This document shows, one piece after another, positions 46,461 to 57,100 of a stretch of DNA of 64,000 nt. This stretch comes from Candidatus Magasanikiibacteriota bacterium (GTDB lineage: Bacteria; Patescibacteriota; Patescibacteriia; Magasanikbacterales; UBA922), in NCBI GenBank assembly GCA_041674805.1, contig JBAYVA010000002.1, positions 83,234 to 147,233 of the forward strand, read 5' to 3'. The position numbers and the translations under genes are program-made. Position 1 is the stretch's first letter. Every line of letters starts with the position of its first letter. The notes beneath the pieces are model-generated. The model was given only the letters and a program-made list of their open reading frames with translations, searched no databases and was not told the origin of the DNA.

Positions 46461-48002
46461 ATGAAACAATACGTCCCAATTATTGGCATGGAAGTGCATG
46501 TTGAATTAAAAACAAAGTCAAAAATGTTTTGTTCTTGCTCAAACAATCCTAATATTGATACACCAAATAAAAACATTTGTGAAATTTGTCTTGCTCATCC
46601 AGGAACTTTGCCAGTTCCAAACAAAAAAGCGATAGAATGGACTGTTTTAGTTGGAAAAGCGCTAAATTGTCATATTTTGGAATTTTCCAAGTTTGATCGT
46701 AAGCATTATTTTTATCCAGATTTACCAAAGGGTTACCAGATTTCTCAGTATGAAGAGCCTATTGCTGAACATGGATTTGTTGATTTGGATTTTATAGGAG
46801 AAAATCCTATTCGTGATACTGCTAAGATTGGTATTACTCGTGCTCATCTTGAAGAAGATACTGCTAGACTAAATCATGGTGAAGATGGAAGTACTCTTGT
46901 CGATTTCAATCGTTCTGGGGTGCCTTTAGTTGAAATTGTGACTGATCCAGATTTCAAGTCAGCTCTTGAAGCTAAGACTTATTGTCAAGAATTACGCAAC
47001 ATTGTGCGTTATTTGGGGGTGAGTGACGCTGATATGGAAAAAGGTCAAATGCGTTGTGAAGCCAATATTTCTGTCCAAGAAGTTGGTAGTTTTGAAATAG
47101 TTGACGGTGTGGTAAAACCTTTGAACGGTACAAAATTAAATAACAAAGTAGAGTTGAAAAACCTGAATTCTTTCAAAGCTGTTGAGCGTGGTATTGATTT
47201 TGAAATCAAAAGGCAAACAGCCATGATAGAAAAAGGTGAAACTTGGGTACAGCAGACTCGTGGTTGGGATGACAGCAAACAAGAAACTGTGATGCAACGT
47301 ACCAAAGAAAATGCAGCAGATTATCGTTATTTTCCAGATCCAGATATTCCACCTTTTCATCCTCTCAAAATTGCCGGAAATATTTCTTTGCCAGAGTTAC
47401 CAGCTCAAAAGAGATTGCGTTTTCGTGAAGAATATTTTCTTTCTTTTTCTGATGCTAAGATTTTAACAGACAGCAAAGAACTATCTTATTTTACTGAAGC
47501 TGTGATGAGTGACCTTGTTGAGTGGTTGGATTCTATGCCAGAATCAGAGAACAAAGCCGAAAATGTTCCACAAAAAATTAGTCGTTTAGCTGGCAGTTGG
47601 ATTACTACCAAACTTTTGGGAATTCTCAAAGAAAAAAATATGGATATCACTGATGTCAAATTTTCTCCTGAGAATTTTGCTGAACTTATTGCCCTTATTT
47701 ATAATAACAAAGTAAACGCTACCAATGCTTACAAAATTTTGCTTATTATGGTTGGTCTTGGTGTAGACAAAGATCCAACACATATTTTGGAAGAAAAAGG
47801 TTGGGGACAGGTTTCTGACAGTGGTCAAATTGAAAGTCTTGTTGATGATGTGATTGCTAATTATCCAGACCAAGTTGCTCAAGTCAAAGCCGGCAAAGAA
47901 ACTGTTATCAAATTTTTGATTGGTATGGTGATGAAAGCAAGTGAAGGAAGTGCTGATGTGAAAGTGGTGGAGGAAATTTTGAAAAACAAATTGTCATCAT
48001 AA
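46461..48002 (+). CDS. gatB: Asp/Glu-tRNA amidotransferase subunit B
   Basis: IGMEVHVELKTKSKMFCSC N-terminal motif and a C-terminal GatB/YqeY domain. 513 aa. Confidence 0.85.
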   Translation: MKQYVPIIGMEVHVELKTKSKMFCSCSNNPNIDTPNKNICEICLAHPGTLPVPNKKAIEWTVLVGKALNCHILEFSKFDRKHYFYPDLPKGYQISQYEEPIAEHGFVDLDFIGENPIRDTAKIGITRAHLEEDTARLNHGEDGSTLVDFNRSGVPLVEIVTDPDFKSALEAKTYCQELRNIVRYLGVSDADMEKGQMRCEANISVQEVGSFEIVDGVVKPLNGTKLNNKVELKNLNSFKAVERGIDFEIKRQTAMIEKGETWVQQTRGWDDSKQETVMQRTKENAADYRYFPDPDIPPFHPLKIAGNISLPELPAQKRLRFREEYFLSFSDAKILTDSKELSYFTEAVMSDLVEWLDSMPESENKAENVPQKISRLAGSWITTKLLGILKEKNMDITDVKFSPENFAELIALIYNNKVNATNAYKILLIMVGLGVDKDPTHILEEKGWGQVSDSGQIESLVDDVIANYPDQVAQVKAGKETVIKFLIGMVMKASEGSADVKVVEEILKNKLSS

Positions 48003-48020
48003 TTTTTTGATTTTAAAAAA

Positions 48021-48047
48021 AGCTATCAATATTTGATAGCTTTTTTA
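48021..48047. terminator. Bidirectional terminator between convergent gatB and the PRTase-deaminase gene
   Basis: AGCTATCAA-TAT-TTGATAGCT followed by TTTTTT. Confidence 0.65.
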
Positions 48048-48065
48048 TTTTATTATTATCAATTT

Positions 48066-49232
48066 TTAGGCAAAAGAAAGTCCTGGTTCCAACATCATTT
48101 CTTCATTTTCTATTTTTGTTTTTTGAAAAATATTTTGGTTGGCATAAAATTTTTCATTGGTTGCCATTAGTCTAATGTTTTTACCATTTTCTACTAAATA
48201 CTGAATACCGTTACCACAAATTTTGTTGTCAGCTACATCTTTTTGACCAATGATAACCCATTTTAGTTGTGGCATATCAGATATAAGATGTGAGCATGGT
48301 GTATATTTGCCATTACGATAGGTGCATGGTTCCATTGTACAATAAAGCATGTATTCGTGTTCTTCCCAATCAGGAGTATTATTTTTTAGCATAGACAAAG
48401 CATCTTGTTCAGCATGAACATGTCCACGTCTGTATCCCCAAGCAGAAATTTCGAAAGTTTCAGAATCTACCAATGTGGCTCCTACGCCATAGCCGTGTCT
48501 AGATTTATTTGAAACATCTTCAGCTAATCGTTCAGTGATAGTATAAAATCTACGGTTTACGTCAGCCCAAAAAACATCTTTGAAACGACTAGACATACTA
48601 CAAATTACTTTATTATTTTCTATATAAGTATCAAAAAGGTAGGAATAATCATATTTTTCAAAAATATCATTTTTTTGTCTATAATTACTTTTATCATTTA
48701 CACAATAAATGCCTGTAATTTTTGTATCTGAGCTTATTGACTCAACTGCTTTTACCATATTTACAATAGTTCCTCCAGTTGAAGCCATACAGTCTACAAT
48801 AGCAATTTTTTTATTTTTTAGAGCTTTACTCATATACATTGTACGTTCGTAATAGCCTGTTTGTTGTGAAAAATCAACACATTCTATATCATAATGAAAT
48901 GTTTTGGCAATAATCAAAGGAAGTCGTAATTGTGCAGCGATCAAAGTAGCAATGCCTATACCATCAGATTCTATAGACAGTATAACTTCGGTATCTTTTG
49001 GTATCATTTCTGCTAAATATTTTGCCAAAGTGTTATAAATTCCTTGATTAGCTAGAGTAAAACCTTTGAAAGGATATATAAAATATTGATAATTAGAAAC
49101 AGTACCACCTTTACTATCAGTTGTACGTATTTGTGCTTCACGAAATAAATTCATAGCATCACCTACATCTTTTTTTATGGCTATTATTTCTTGATATGTT
49201 TGTTGAAGTTCTTTTTCAAGAAGATTTAACAT
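48066..49232 (-). CDS. Two-domain fusion: N-terminal type-I phosphoribosyltransferase domain plus C-terminal RibD-type (riboflavin-pathway-like) cytidine-deaminase-fold domain
   Basis: PRPP-binding loop KIAIVDCMASTGGTIV. Deaminase zinc motifs HVHAEQDAL and TMEPCTYRNGKYTPC. The long spacer between the two Cys matches the RibD pattern EPC-x8/9-PC, not the PCxxC of dCMP deaminase or TadA. Confidence 0.6.
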   Translation of the reverse strand: MLNLLEKELQQTYQEIIAIKKDVGDAMNLFREAQIRTTDSKGGTVSNYQYFIYPFKGFTLANQGIYNTLAKYLAEMIPKDTEVILSIESDGIGIATLIAAQLRLPLIIAKTFHYDIECVDFSQQTGYYERTMYMSKALKNKKIAIVDCMASTGGTIVNMVKAVESISSDTKITGIYCVNDKSNYRQKNDIFEKYDYSYLFDTYIENNKVICSMSSRFKDVFWADVNRRFYTITERLAEDVSNKSRHGYGVGATLVDSETFEISAWGYRRGHVHAEQDALSMLKNNTPDWEEHEYMLYCTMEPCTYRNGKYTPCSHLISDMPQLKWVIIGQKDVADNKICGNGIQYLVENGKNIRLMATNEKFYANQNIFQKTKIENEEMMLEPGLSFA

Positions 49233-49276
49233 ATTATATAAAATTAGTCACACCAAAGTGGTATGTAGTAAATAAA

Positions 49277-49300
49277 AAATCATCCGTATTAGGATGATTT
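49277..49300 (-). terminator. Terminator of the SanA-like gene
   Basis: ATCATCC-GTATTA-GGATGAT with a T-run on the minus strand. Confidence 0.55.
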
Positions 49301-49438
49301 TATTGTATATATAAAGAAATGAACACTAGCGGATAGCTGGATTTGACTGTTTCTAAATTGTTGTATTGAAGTTATATTCATACCTTACTAATAATAGCAT
49401 GTTTTGAAATAAACAACAATCATAAATTGTGTATATTT

Positions 49439-50089
49439 TTATTCTATATTTATTTTATCTCCCAAAAACTTTGGTTGAATATCAAATAATAAATCAAGCA
49501 TCATTTTGAGTCGTGCGAAGCTTTCCCTGATTTGTATTTTTGTATTAGCATAAGATTTTACATTACGAGCATTGTATCCTATAGCGTCTATACCTTTTTT
49601 GTTGGCAATATATATGGCACGTTCATTGTGGAATTTTTGTGAGATGATAGTAATATTCTCTTGTCCAAATATTTCTTTGCTTCGGACGACTGAGTCTAGA
49701 GTTCGAAAGCCAGCATAATCGAGGAAGATGCTCGAAGTCGGCACGCCAGCTTCTATCAAATCATTTTGAATAGTTGTTGGTTCATTGTATTTCTTTGTGC
49801 TGTTGTCTCCACTTACTAAAATAAAATCAATTTTGTTAGCTTCAAAAAGTTTTTTGGCAGCTGTAATTCTATAAGCATAATAAGCATTTATTCTGCCATC
49901 TTTCAAATATTTACTTGTGCCGAGTAATAATCCGACTTTGTTGTGAGGAATATTTTCTATTGAATCATAAATTTTTTCGTCAGTGTTTTTTTCTATTATT
50001 TTGTTGGTGATAATAATAGATGAAGAAAGAAAAATAAAACTCAAGAAAAAAATTAGTAAAAGTTTTAAGAATATTTTTTTCATAATCAA
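49439..50089 (-). CDS. DUF218 (SanA/YdcF/ElyC-family) envelope protein
   Basis: N-terminal TM, then DFILVSGDNSTKKYNEPTTIQNDL...ITIISQKFHNERAIYIANK, the DUF218 core. Confidence 0.65.
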   Translation of the reverse strand: MIMKKIFLKLLLIFFLSFIFLSSSIIITNKIIEKNTDEKIYDSIENIPHNKVGLLLGTSKYLKDGRINAYYAYRITAAKKLFEANKIDFILVSGDNSTKKYNEPTTIQNDLIEAGVPTSSIFLDYAGFRTLDSVVRSKEIFGQENITIISQKFHNERAIYIANKKGIDAIGYNARNVKSYANTKIQIRESFARLKMMLDLLFDIQPKFLGDKINIE

Positions 50090-50643
50090 AACTTCTCCGT
50101 AATATGCAAATGTTTTCTAATTTTATTTTTCCAAGTTTCAAAACTTTCTACCAAAGTTATCAATCCCAACATCACCATGATGAATACTACTGGCTGAGTA
50201 GAATATTGAGGCAGATTAAAAATGCTAAAATTTTGTAAAAATAATTTTAATAATTGCCAGATAATCATTGAGACTAGAGTTGCTAACAAAAATTTAATTA
50301 CGAAAAAATCAAAGTTGAGAAAATTCTGTATGAACTTGCCATCCATTTTTTTTAACCAATTAATATATTTTTGGGAGACAGGATGTTTTTTTGTGTATAG
50401 TAAAAATAATTTGATTATGAAAATAATGATTCCAGAAATAAGAATAGTCAACATAATATCGAAGACTACATGCCACCAAGTAGGGTATTCTTTTCTGATA
50501 GTATTAACCAAAGGTGTGTCCATTAGTTTTAAGCCCGCTGGCAAGGTGAGGGTGGCATAGAGGAAGACAATAGCCGTGACTCTCTGTATCCAGAGCAATA
50601 TTTTGCTGTGTGTTTTTTGGTTTGGATAGTATGTTTTGTTCAT
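50086..50643 (-). CDS. Hypothetical 5-TM membrane protein, translationally coupled to the DUF218 gene by an ATGA overlap
   Basis: ORF with hydrophobic helices and a 4-nt overlap with the downstream gene. Confidence 0.4.
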   Translation of the reverse strand: MNKTYYPNQKTHSKILLWIQRVTAIVFLYATLTLPAGLKLMDTPLVNTIRKEYPTWWHVVFDIMLTILISGIIIFIIKLFLLYTKKHPVSQKYINWLKKMDGKFIQNFLNFDFFVIKFLLATLVSMIIWQLLKLFLQNFSIFNLPQYSTQPVVFIMVMLGLITLVESFETWKNKIRKHLHITEKF

Positions 50644-50866
50644 AGTTTATAGACTTTACAAAGGTTCAATGTTATGTTATTTTAACATATGCGGAAGATA
50701 TTGACAAAAGTAGCAAAATGTGCTACACTACTCCGTTTATTACACATATATAAAAAGGCTTTATTTAGCCGATTAATTCATAATTTACAAATGGTTGTGA
50801 TTTCCATAAACCATTATAATGTGTAGTCATTTTAATTTATACATATTAAGTCTAATATATTCGTCT

Positions 50867-53788
50867 ATGAAAAAGAACTTTTTCGCTAAACTAGGCCATT
50901 TTTTCCTGGTTTCAGCTGTTTTATTCAATGGTTTTGGTGTAGCCTTTGTGAAGGCTGATGTTGTAGAAGTTTTGGGTATGTCTCCAAATACAGCAACTTT
51001 GTCTGAGGGTGACATTAACCCTATTTCTTTAGTAACAATTTCTAATTCATCTACTAGTACTATAAATCTAACATTTACTATGTCAGGTGAAGCTGTTAGA
51101 AGTATAGATGGTAGTGGTGATTATGAATTGTTTGTTGGGGAAGGTTCTCCATTTGTAGTTGTTGATACAAACTTAATAAGTGTGCCTGCAAATGATTCTG
51201 TCATCTTTCCTATAAATATTATAAATGACACAGTATCAGAAAATGCAGAATCTTTTGGTTTGACATTTGAAACAGCTAGTTATGATGATGAAAATAGAAC
51301 ACCTGTAGAAGGTTTTAGTTCTCGTGGTGCTATAAATTTTACTATCAATGATAATGATATTACACCTCCTACTTTTGATACTATTGTCCCTAGTCCATTT
51401 TCAAGAAATGAAAGTGATAATTTTGGTGGTATTGCTACTTTTATAAATAATGCTAGTACAACTTTAGATTTTCATTTTGAAATTAGTGGAACAGCTTCTA
51501 CATCTGATTATATAATTGAAACAACTAGTCGTAGTATAAATGAAAATGGAGATGTTATGGCGGTGCCTAATAGTGTGGATTTAGAAAATGGTATAATTAG
51601 TGGGGTTACAGGAAATGAAAAAAGAAGATTTAATTTTAAACCAGTAGAGGACACAGAAGTAGAAATTGATGAAACAGTTATTATTACATTGAAATATGCT
51701 ACTGATATTGAACAAAGAGTTTATGATTTTGCAGATATTTCTTACACTACTATTATTAAAGATAATGATACTGCATCCACTACTACCACAGCTAACGTCA
51801 CATTTTCTTTTTCAACTTCTACTATTAATGAAAATTCTGGTAATGTAAATGTTGCTAATGTTATTAATAATGAAAATCAAGATGTATCTGTGAAATTTAC
51901 ATTTTCTGGCACAGCAGTATATGGCACAGACTATACTTTGAGATCAGGAACTGGTACTTCTATTTTTGGTAATGGTACAGAAGCAGTACTTTTGATAGGT
52001 ATTAATAGTAGTAGTAGTTTTCCTTTGACTCTGAATACAGTTGATAGTGATAAAACTGTTGAAATTACTCTTACACAAGTAAATTTTGCGGATAATTCAA
52101 CAACAACATCTTTCACTGCAGGAAATGTTACAACACATACACTTACTATCAAAAATGTTCCTACATCAGGTGAAAATAATATTCCAACAATAAAAACACC
52201 GATAGCCACACAATATATAGATCTTTATGTTACTTCTACATTAACTATTAATAATGAAATATTAAAGAATTTATTTTTTGATTTAGATACTAATGATAGA
52301 GTTGGTATTAGTTTGACTAATAATACAGATGCTACTGTTGTAACAACAACATCAGACATAGAATTTTCTAGTTTAGTATTAACAGGTTTAAAAGTTGGAA
52401 CAAGTACTATTGAACTTACTGGTGATGATCATCGTGGTGGTATTGTTACCTCAACTTTCGATGTAATCGTTACTGATTCTACTCCTGTTGAGGGAAATAA
52501 TGCTCCAACATCAACTGTAATAGATGATAAAACATTGGAGGTTGGTCAGACTTTTGATATTATTCCTAGTGTTATTTTTGAAGATGTAGAAGATAGTGAT
52601 GATAAGTTAACTTATGGTGTAGAAATTAGTGCTGGTTCTGTTGTTTCTGTAACAACAACAAATTTTACAAATTCTTGGGCATATACTTTTACTGCTGAAA
52701 GTGTAGGTACTTCTACAATTACTCTTAGTGCAACTGATTTGGGTGGTCTTAGTACAAGTACATCATTTAAGGTAACTGTCACAGAAGATGTAACACCTAT
52801 ATTAATAAAAGAAATAGTTAATCAAACTTTAAAAGTAGGTGAAAGTGTAGTTTTGAACTTAAATGATTATTTTTCAGATCCAAACGAAGATGTCTTGTCT
52901 TTTTTAACAAGTATTAACGTTCCAAATTTAATTACTACAACACTTAATACTGAAACAAATAAATTAACAATTACTGGTGTAGCTATAGGTACAACTCTTA
53001 TGAGTGTTACTGCCTCTGATAGTCAACATAGTGTTTATGATATATTTAATGTCACAGTAAAAGAAAATAATGAAGGTAATACTGATAACAATACCGGTTC
53101 AAGTAACGGCGGTGGTAGTTTATTACCAAACACAGCTCCTCAAGCTTCTATGGTTGTTGGTCAAGAAGTAACTATCGAAGTAAACAAAGAAATTACTTTT
53201 GATGCTAGTAGTAGTGTAGATAAAGAAGGAAACATTAGATTTTATTTCTGGAACTTTGGTGACGGAAGTGATGAAGTATATTACACTGTCCCAACAGTCA
53301 AATATACTTATACTAAAATAGGTAATTACACTTTGAATATCAAAGTAAAAGATGCTTACGGTGCTGAGAGTAGTGCGCAAGTAAAGGTAAAAGTTGTAGC
53401 TGGCAAAGCTTCTACAAATACGGGAACTCCAAATACTAATACTGAAAGTGGAACTAAAACTGAAACTGAAACTACAACTTCTACTTCAACAACTGATACC
53501 CCAACTCCTGTAGAAGAAACTGGAAGTACTGGTAGTACAAATAATAATACTAACAATAACACTTCTGCTAATAATACTGAAGAAGAAGCAATAACAACTG
53601 AGGAAGAAAATACTTCTATAGAAGAAGAGACTACTTCTGAAAATACTGAAGAAGAAATTACTGAAGAAGTACCTGCTGAAACAACAGAAGAATTACCAAC
53701 TTGGATCAAGATCATCTTTGGCAGTGGTGCTCTAGCTGCTATTGCTGGCGCTGGACTTGCTATCAATAGAGTGAGAAAAAATGTGTAA
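50867..53788 (+). CDS. Giant surface protein A (about 973 aa from the MKKNFF start): signal peptide, Ig/cadherin-like beta-sandwich repeats, PKD domain, Thr/Glu-rich acidic stalk, and a C-terminal ELPTW plus TM plus RVRKN anchor
   Basis: Signal peptide MKKNFFAKLGHFFLVSAVLFNGFGVAFVKA. PKD segment ITFDASSSVDKEGNIRFYFWNFGDGSDEVYYTVPTVKYTYTKIGNYTLNIKVKDAYGAES. C-terminus EELPTWIKIIFGSGALAAIAGAGLAINRVRKNV. The track ORF starts 16 codons earlier at a non-conserved ATG. Confidence 0.7.
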   Translation: MKKNFFAKLGHFFLVSAVLFNGFGVAFVKADVVEVLGMSPNTATLSEGDINPISLVTISNSSTSTINLTFTMSGEAVRSIDGSGDYELFVGEGSPFVVVDTNLISVPANDSVIFPINIINDTVSENAESFGLTFETASYDDENRTPVEGFSSRGAINFTINDNDITPPTFDTIVPSPFSRNESDNFGGIATFINNASTTLDFHFEISGTASTSDYIIETTSRSINENGDVMAVPNSVDLENGIISGVTGNEKRRFNFKPVEDTEVEIDETVIITLKYATDIEQRVYDFADISYTTIIKDNDTASTTTTANVTFSFSTSTINENSGNVNVANVINNENQDVSVKFTFSGTAVYGTDYTLRSGTGTSIFGNGTEAVLLIGINSSSSFPLTLNTVDSDKTVEITLTQVNFADNSTTTSFTAGNVTTHTLTIKNVPTSGENNIPTIKTPIATQYIDLYVTSTLTINNEILKNLFFDLDTNDRVGISLTNNTDATVVTTTSDIEFSSLVLTGLKVGTSTIELTGDDHRGGIVTSTFDVIVTDSTPVEGNNAPTSTVIDDKTLEVGQTFDIIPSVIFEDVEDSDDKLTYGVEISAGSVVSVTTTNFTNSWAYTFTAESVGTSTITLSATDLGGLSTSTSFKVTVTEDVTPILIKEIVNQTLKVGESVVLNLNDYFSDPNEDVLSFLTSINVPNLITTTLNTETNKLTITGVAIGTTLMSVTASDSQHSVYDIFNVTVKENNEGNTDNNTGSSNGGGSLLPNTAPQASMVVGQEVTIEVNKEITFDASSSVDKEGNIRFYFWNFGDGSDEVYYTVPTVKYTYTKIGNYTLNIKVKDAYGAESSAQVKVKVVAGKASTNTGTPNTNTESGTKTETETTTSTSTTDTPTPVEETGSTGSTNNNTNNNTSANNTEEEAITTEEENTSIEEETTSENTEEEITEEVPAETTEELPTWIKIIFGSGALAAIAGAGLAINRVRKNV

Positions 53789-54158
53789 GATTGTTTGATA
53801 ATATAAAAAATAAAGAAGCTATTCATATATATTGAGTAGCTTCTTTTTTTATGAAGTTTTGATTGTTCACACATAGACTTTACAAGATATAAAGATTATG
53901 TTAATTTAATATATGTAGGATGTTGACAAAAATAGTATGGTATGTTGTTAATTTCTCTCATATTTAGATACATTCAAAGGCTTTATTTGGCCAATTAGTA
54001 ATTCAAAATGGTCGTGACCATTCACATAAACCATTGTAATATATAGTCAGTTTACTCATACTTAAAAAGTATGATAAATTTATCTATTAATTCATACTAA
54101 TTGAGTATGATATATTTAACTTATTAATTCAAAATTACCAAGTTTAATATATTTACTT

Positions 54159-57100
54159 ATGAAAAATAATTTTTTTGCTAAACTGGGAAACTTTTTTCTG
54201 GTTTCGGCTGTATTGTTCAATGGTTTTGGGGTAGGTTTGGTAAGTGCAGAATATGCAGAAGTTGTCTCTCCCACATTCTCTTTACTTGTTGATAATGTAA
54301 AAGAAGGAAATTTAGGAGAAACAACTACTTATAATGTTGGTGTAAAATATAATGGTCCAGTTTTGGTCTCTGATTATACTGTGGAAGTAATATTTTATAG
54401 TGTTTTAAATGATACTTTTGCTGAATATGGTGTTGATTATGAGGTACCTAATTCTGTGCCTAATTTGGAAGATTCTTCGTATTTTCTTACTTTTACGCCA
54501 GCAACACAAAATGATGAATTGTTTGTTCCTGTAACTGTTATGGGTAACGATACTATTAATAGTTTTAATGTTTTATTCAAATACATTATTTTTACTATAA
54601 AAGGTATTAATATCGACCAACCTGACCAGCTGTTTGGTTTGAGTATTGAAGATGATGATGTTCCTACTATTATTGAACCAATATTTACTCCCGCTACTTC
54701 TGTTGTCTATGAAGGTGTTGCTACAGGAGCTAATGTTACTAAGTTGGTAAACAATAATAATACTGATTTAATTTATACTATTGAACTTACTGGTGATGCT
54801 TTACTCGAACAAGAATTTGGATTGTCTGTTATTGATGAACAAAATATCTCTACACCAATCATGAGTAATTTTTTCAATCTTTCTGTACCAAGAAATTCTA
54901 GTTCTACTTTTTCTGTTCGTACAAATGGTATTTATGATAATTCGTCTTTTGATAATGTTGCAAAACAGACAATTTGGACTGTAACAAATGCGTTTGATGA
55001 GAGTATCTTTATTGATTATGATTTATCTTTAAGTAATATCAACTTTACTTTGGATATAAAAGATGAGGAAAATGATGTAGGTTTTATAAATCCAGCTTCA
55101 TCTGTTGCAGAAGGAATTTCATTGAATGACTCTAATTCATCACTTGTATACAACAATGGTACTGACAATGATGTGTCTTTGACATTTGAACTTTCGGGTA
55201 CGGCATCTTCTTTAACGGATTATACTGTAAGAACAAATGAATTGAGTTCAGGTTCTACTTGGGTAGTACCAAAAAATTCTATTAAATCTTTTCCTGTAGA
55301 TATCTTGAATGTAACTGGTGAAAAAAATTTAGTGTTTACAATTACAAAAATAGATTTATTAAATGACAATGGTACCATTAAAAATGGAAATATTACACCT
55401 ATTTTACCGAATGCACAGACACACACTTTGACAATTCTGGATAATGTTGTACCGCCTGTAAATCATGCACCTGTTGCAATTATGCAACCAATACTTTTGG
55501 GTAATGTTAATGTTGGTTCAAACTCAACCCCTGTTTCATTTTCAACCACTTTTTCAGATCCTGATTCAGATGTACTTACATATAGTGTAGAACTTTCAAA
55601 TCCTGTAATTGCAACATCTCAAATAACAGCAGGTGAGTTGGTACTTACAGGAACAAGTGTCGGTACAACAACAGTAACAATGATGGCTACAGATCCTGAT
55701 GGCTTGAGTGCTAGTACCACGTTTAGTTTGACTGTCGTAGAAAATAATAATGGTGGTGGAAATAATTCTCCAACAGTAAATATTCCAATAGCCACACAAT
55801 ATATTGATCTCTATACTACTTCCACATTAACTATTAATAATGCAATATTGCAGAATTTATTTTCTGATGCTGATGTTAATGACATAGTTGGTATTAGTTT
55901 GACTAATAATACAGATGCTACTGTTGTGACAACAACACCAGGCATAGAATTTTCTAGTTTAATGTTGACAGGTTTGAAAGTCGGTGCAAGTGTTATTGAA
56001 CTTACGGGAGATGATACACATGGTGGTATTGTTACCTCTACTTTTGCGGTAATCGTTAGTGACTCTACTCCTATAGAAGGAAATAATGCTCCTACATTAT
56101 CAACTACAACAGTATTTGTAGATAACGAAATTTCTTTGCAAGAAACATTTGGATCAAATCTTCATCTTTATTTCGAAGATGTTGATGCGGGTGATACATT
56201 AACTTTTTCAGCTACTACAACTGATGCTTCTATAGTGACAAGTGGAATTGACGCATTGGGTCAAATAACACTGACACCACATAATTATGGTACAGTTCAA
56301 GTAATTGTTACTGCCACAGATAATCAAGGTGCTAGTGTCTCTGATGCATTTTCTTTGAAAGTAAATACTCCACCAGAATTAACAGTAAATACTTTAGGAA
56401 ATAAACAAATTGATTTGAAAGTATCATCTAGTTTGTTAATAGATAGTAATACAATTCGTGGTGTTTTTACAGATAGAGATGGAGAAATACTTACTATTTC
56501 TGTAAGTGATAATAGTGATAATACTGTTGTAACAACTACTCTTGGAGAAGATGATTCTCTCACTTTACTTGGTTTAAAAGTGGGAACAAGTACGATTGAA
56601 ATCACTGCTGACGATGGTTATGAAATTACCTCTACTACATTTCTTGTTACGGTTGTAAATTCTACATCTGAAGAAACAGGGAATAATGGTGGCAACTCTG
56701 GCAGTTCAAGTGGATCTAGTGGCGGTGGTGGTTCTGCTCTTCTTTCTAATACAGCTCCTCAAGCTGCTATAACTAATGGTCAAGAAGTAACTGTGGAAGT
56801 AAACAAAGAAATTACTTTTGATGCTAGTCAAAGTACTGACAAAGAAAATAATATTAGATTTTACTTCTGGAACTTTGGTGATGATAGTGATGAAGTATAT
56901 TACACGGTACCAACAGTCAAACATACTTATACTAAAATAAGTAATTACACTTTGATAAGCAAAGTACGTGATGCTTACGGTGCTGAGAGTATTGCTGAAG
57001 TAAAAGTAAAAGTTGTAGCTGCTAAAGGTTCTACAAATACGGGAACTACAAATAATACTTCAAATACTAATACAGAAAGTGAAACTAAAAATGAAACTAC

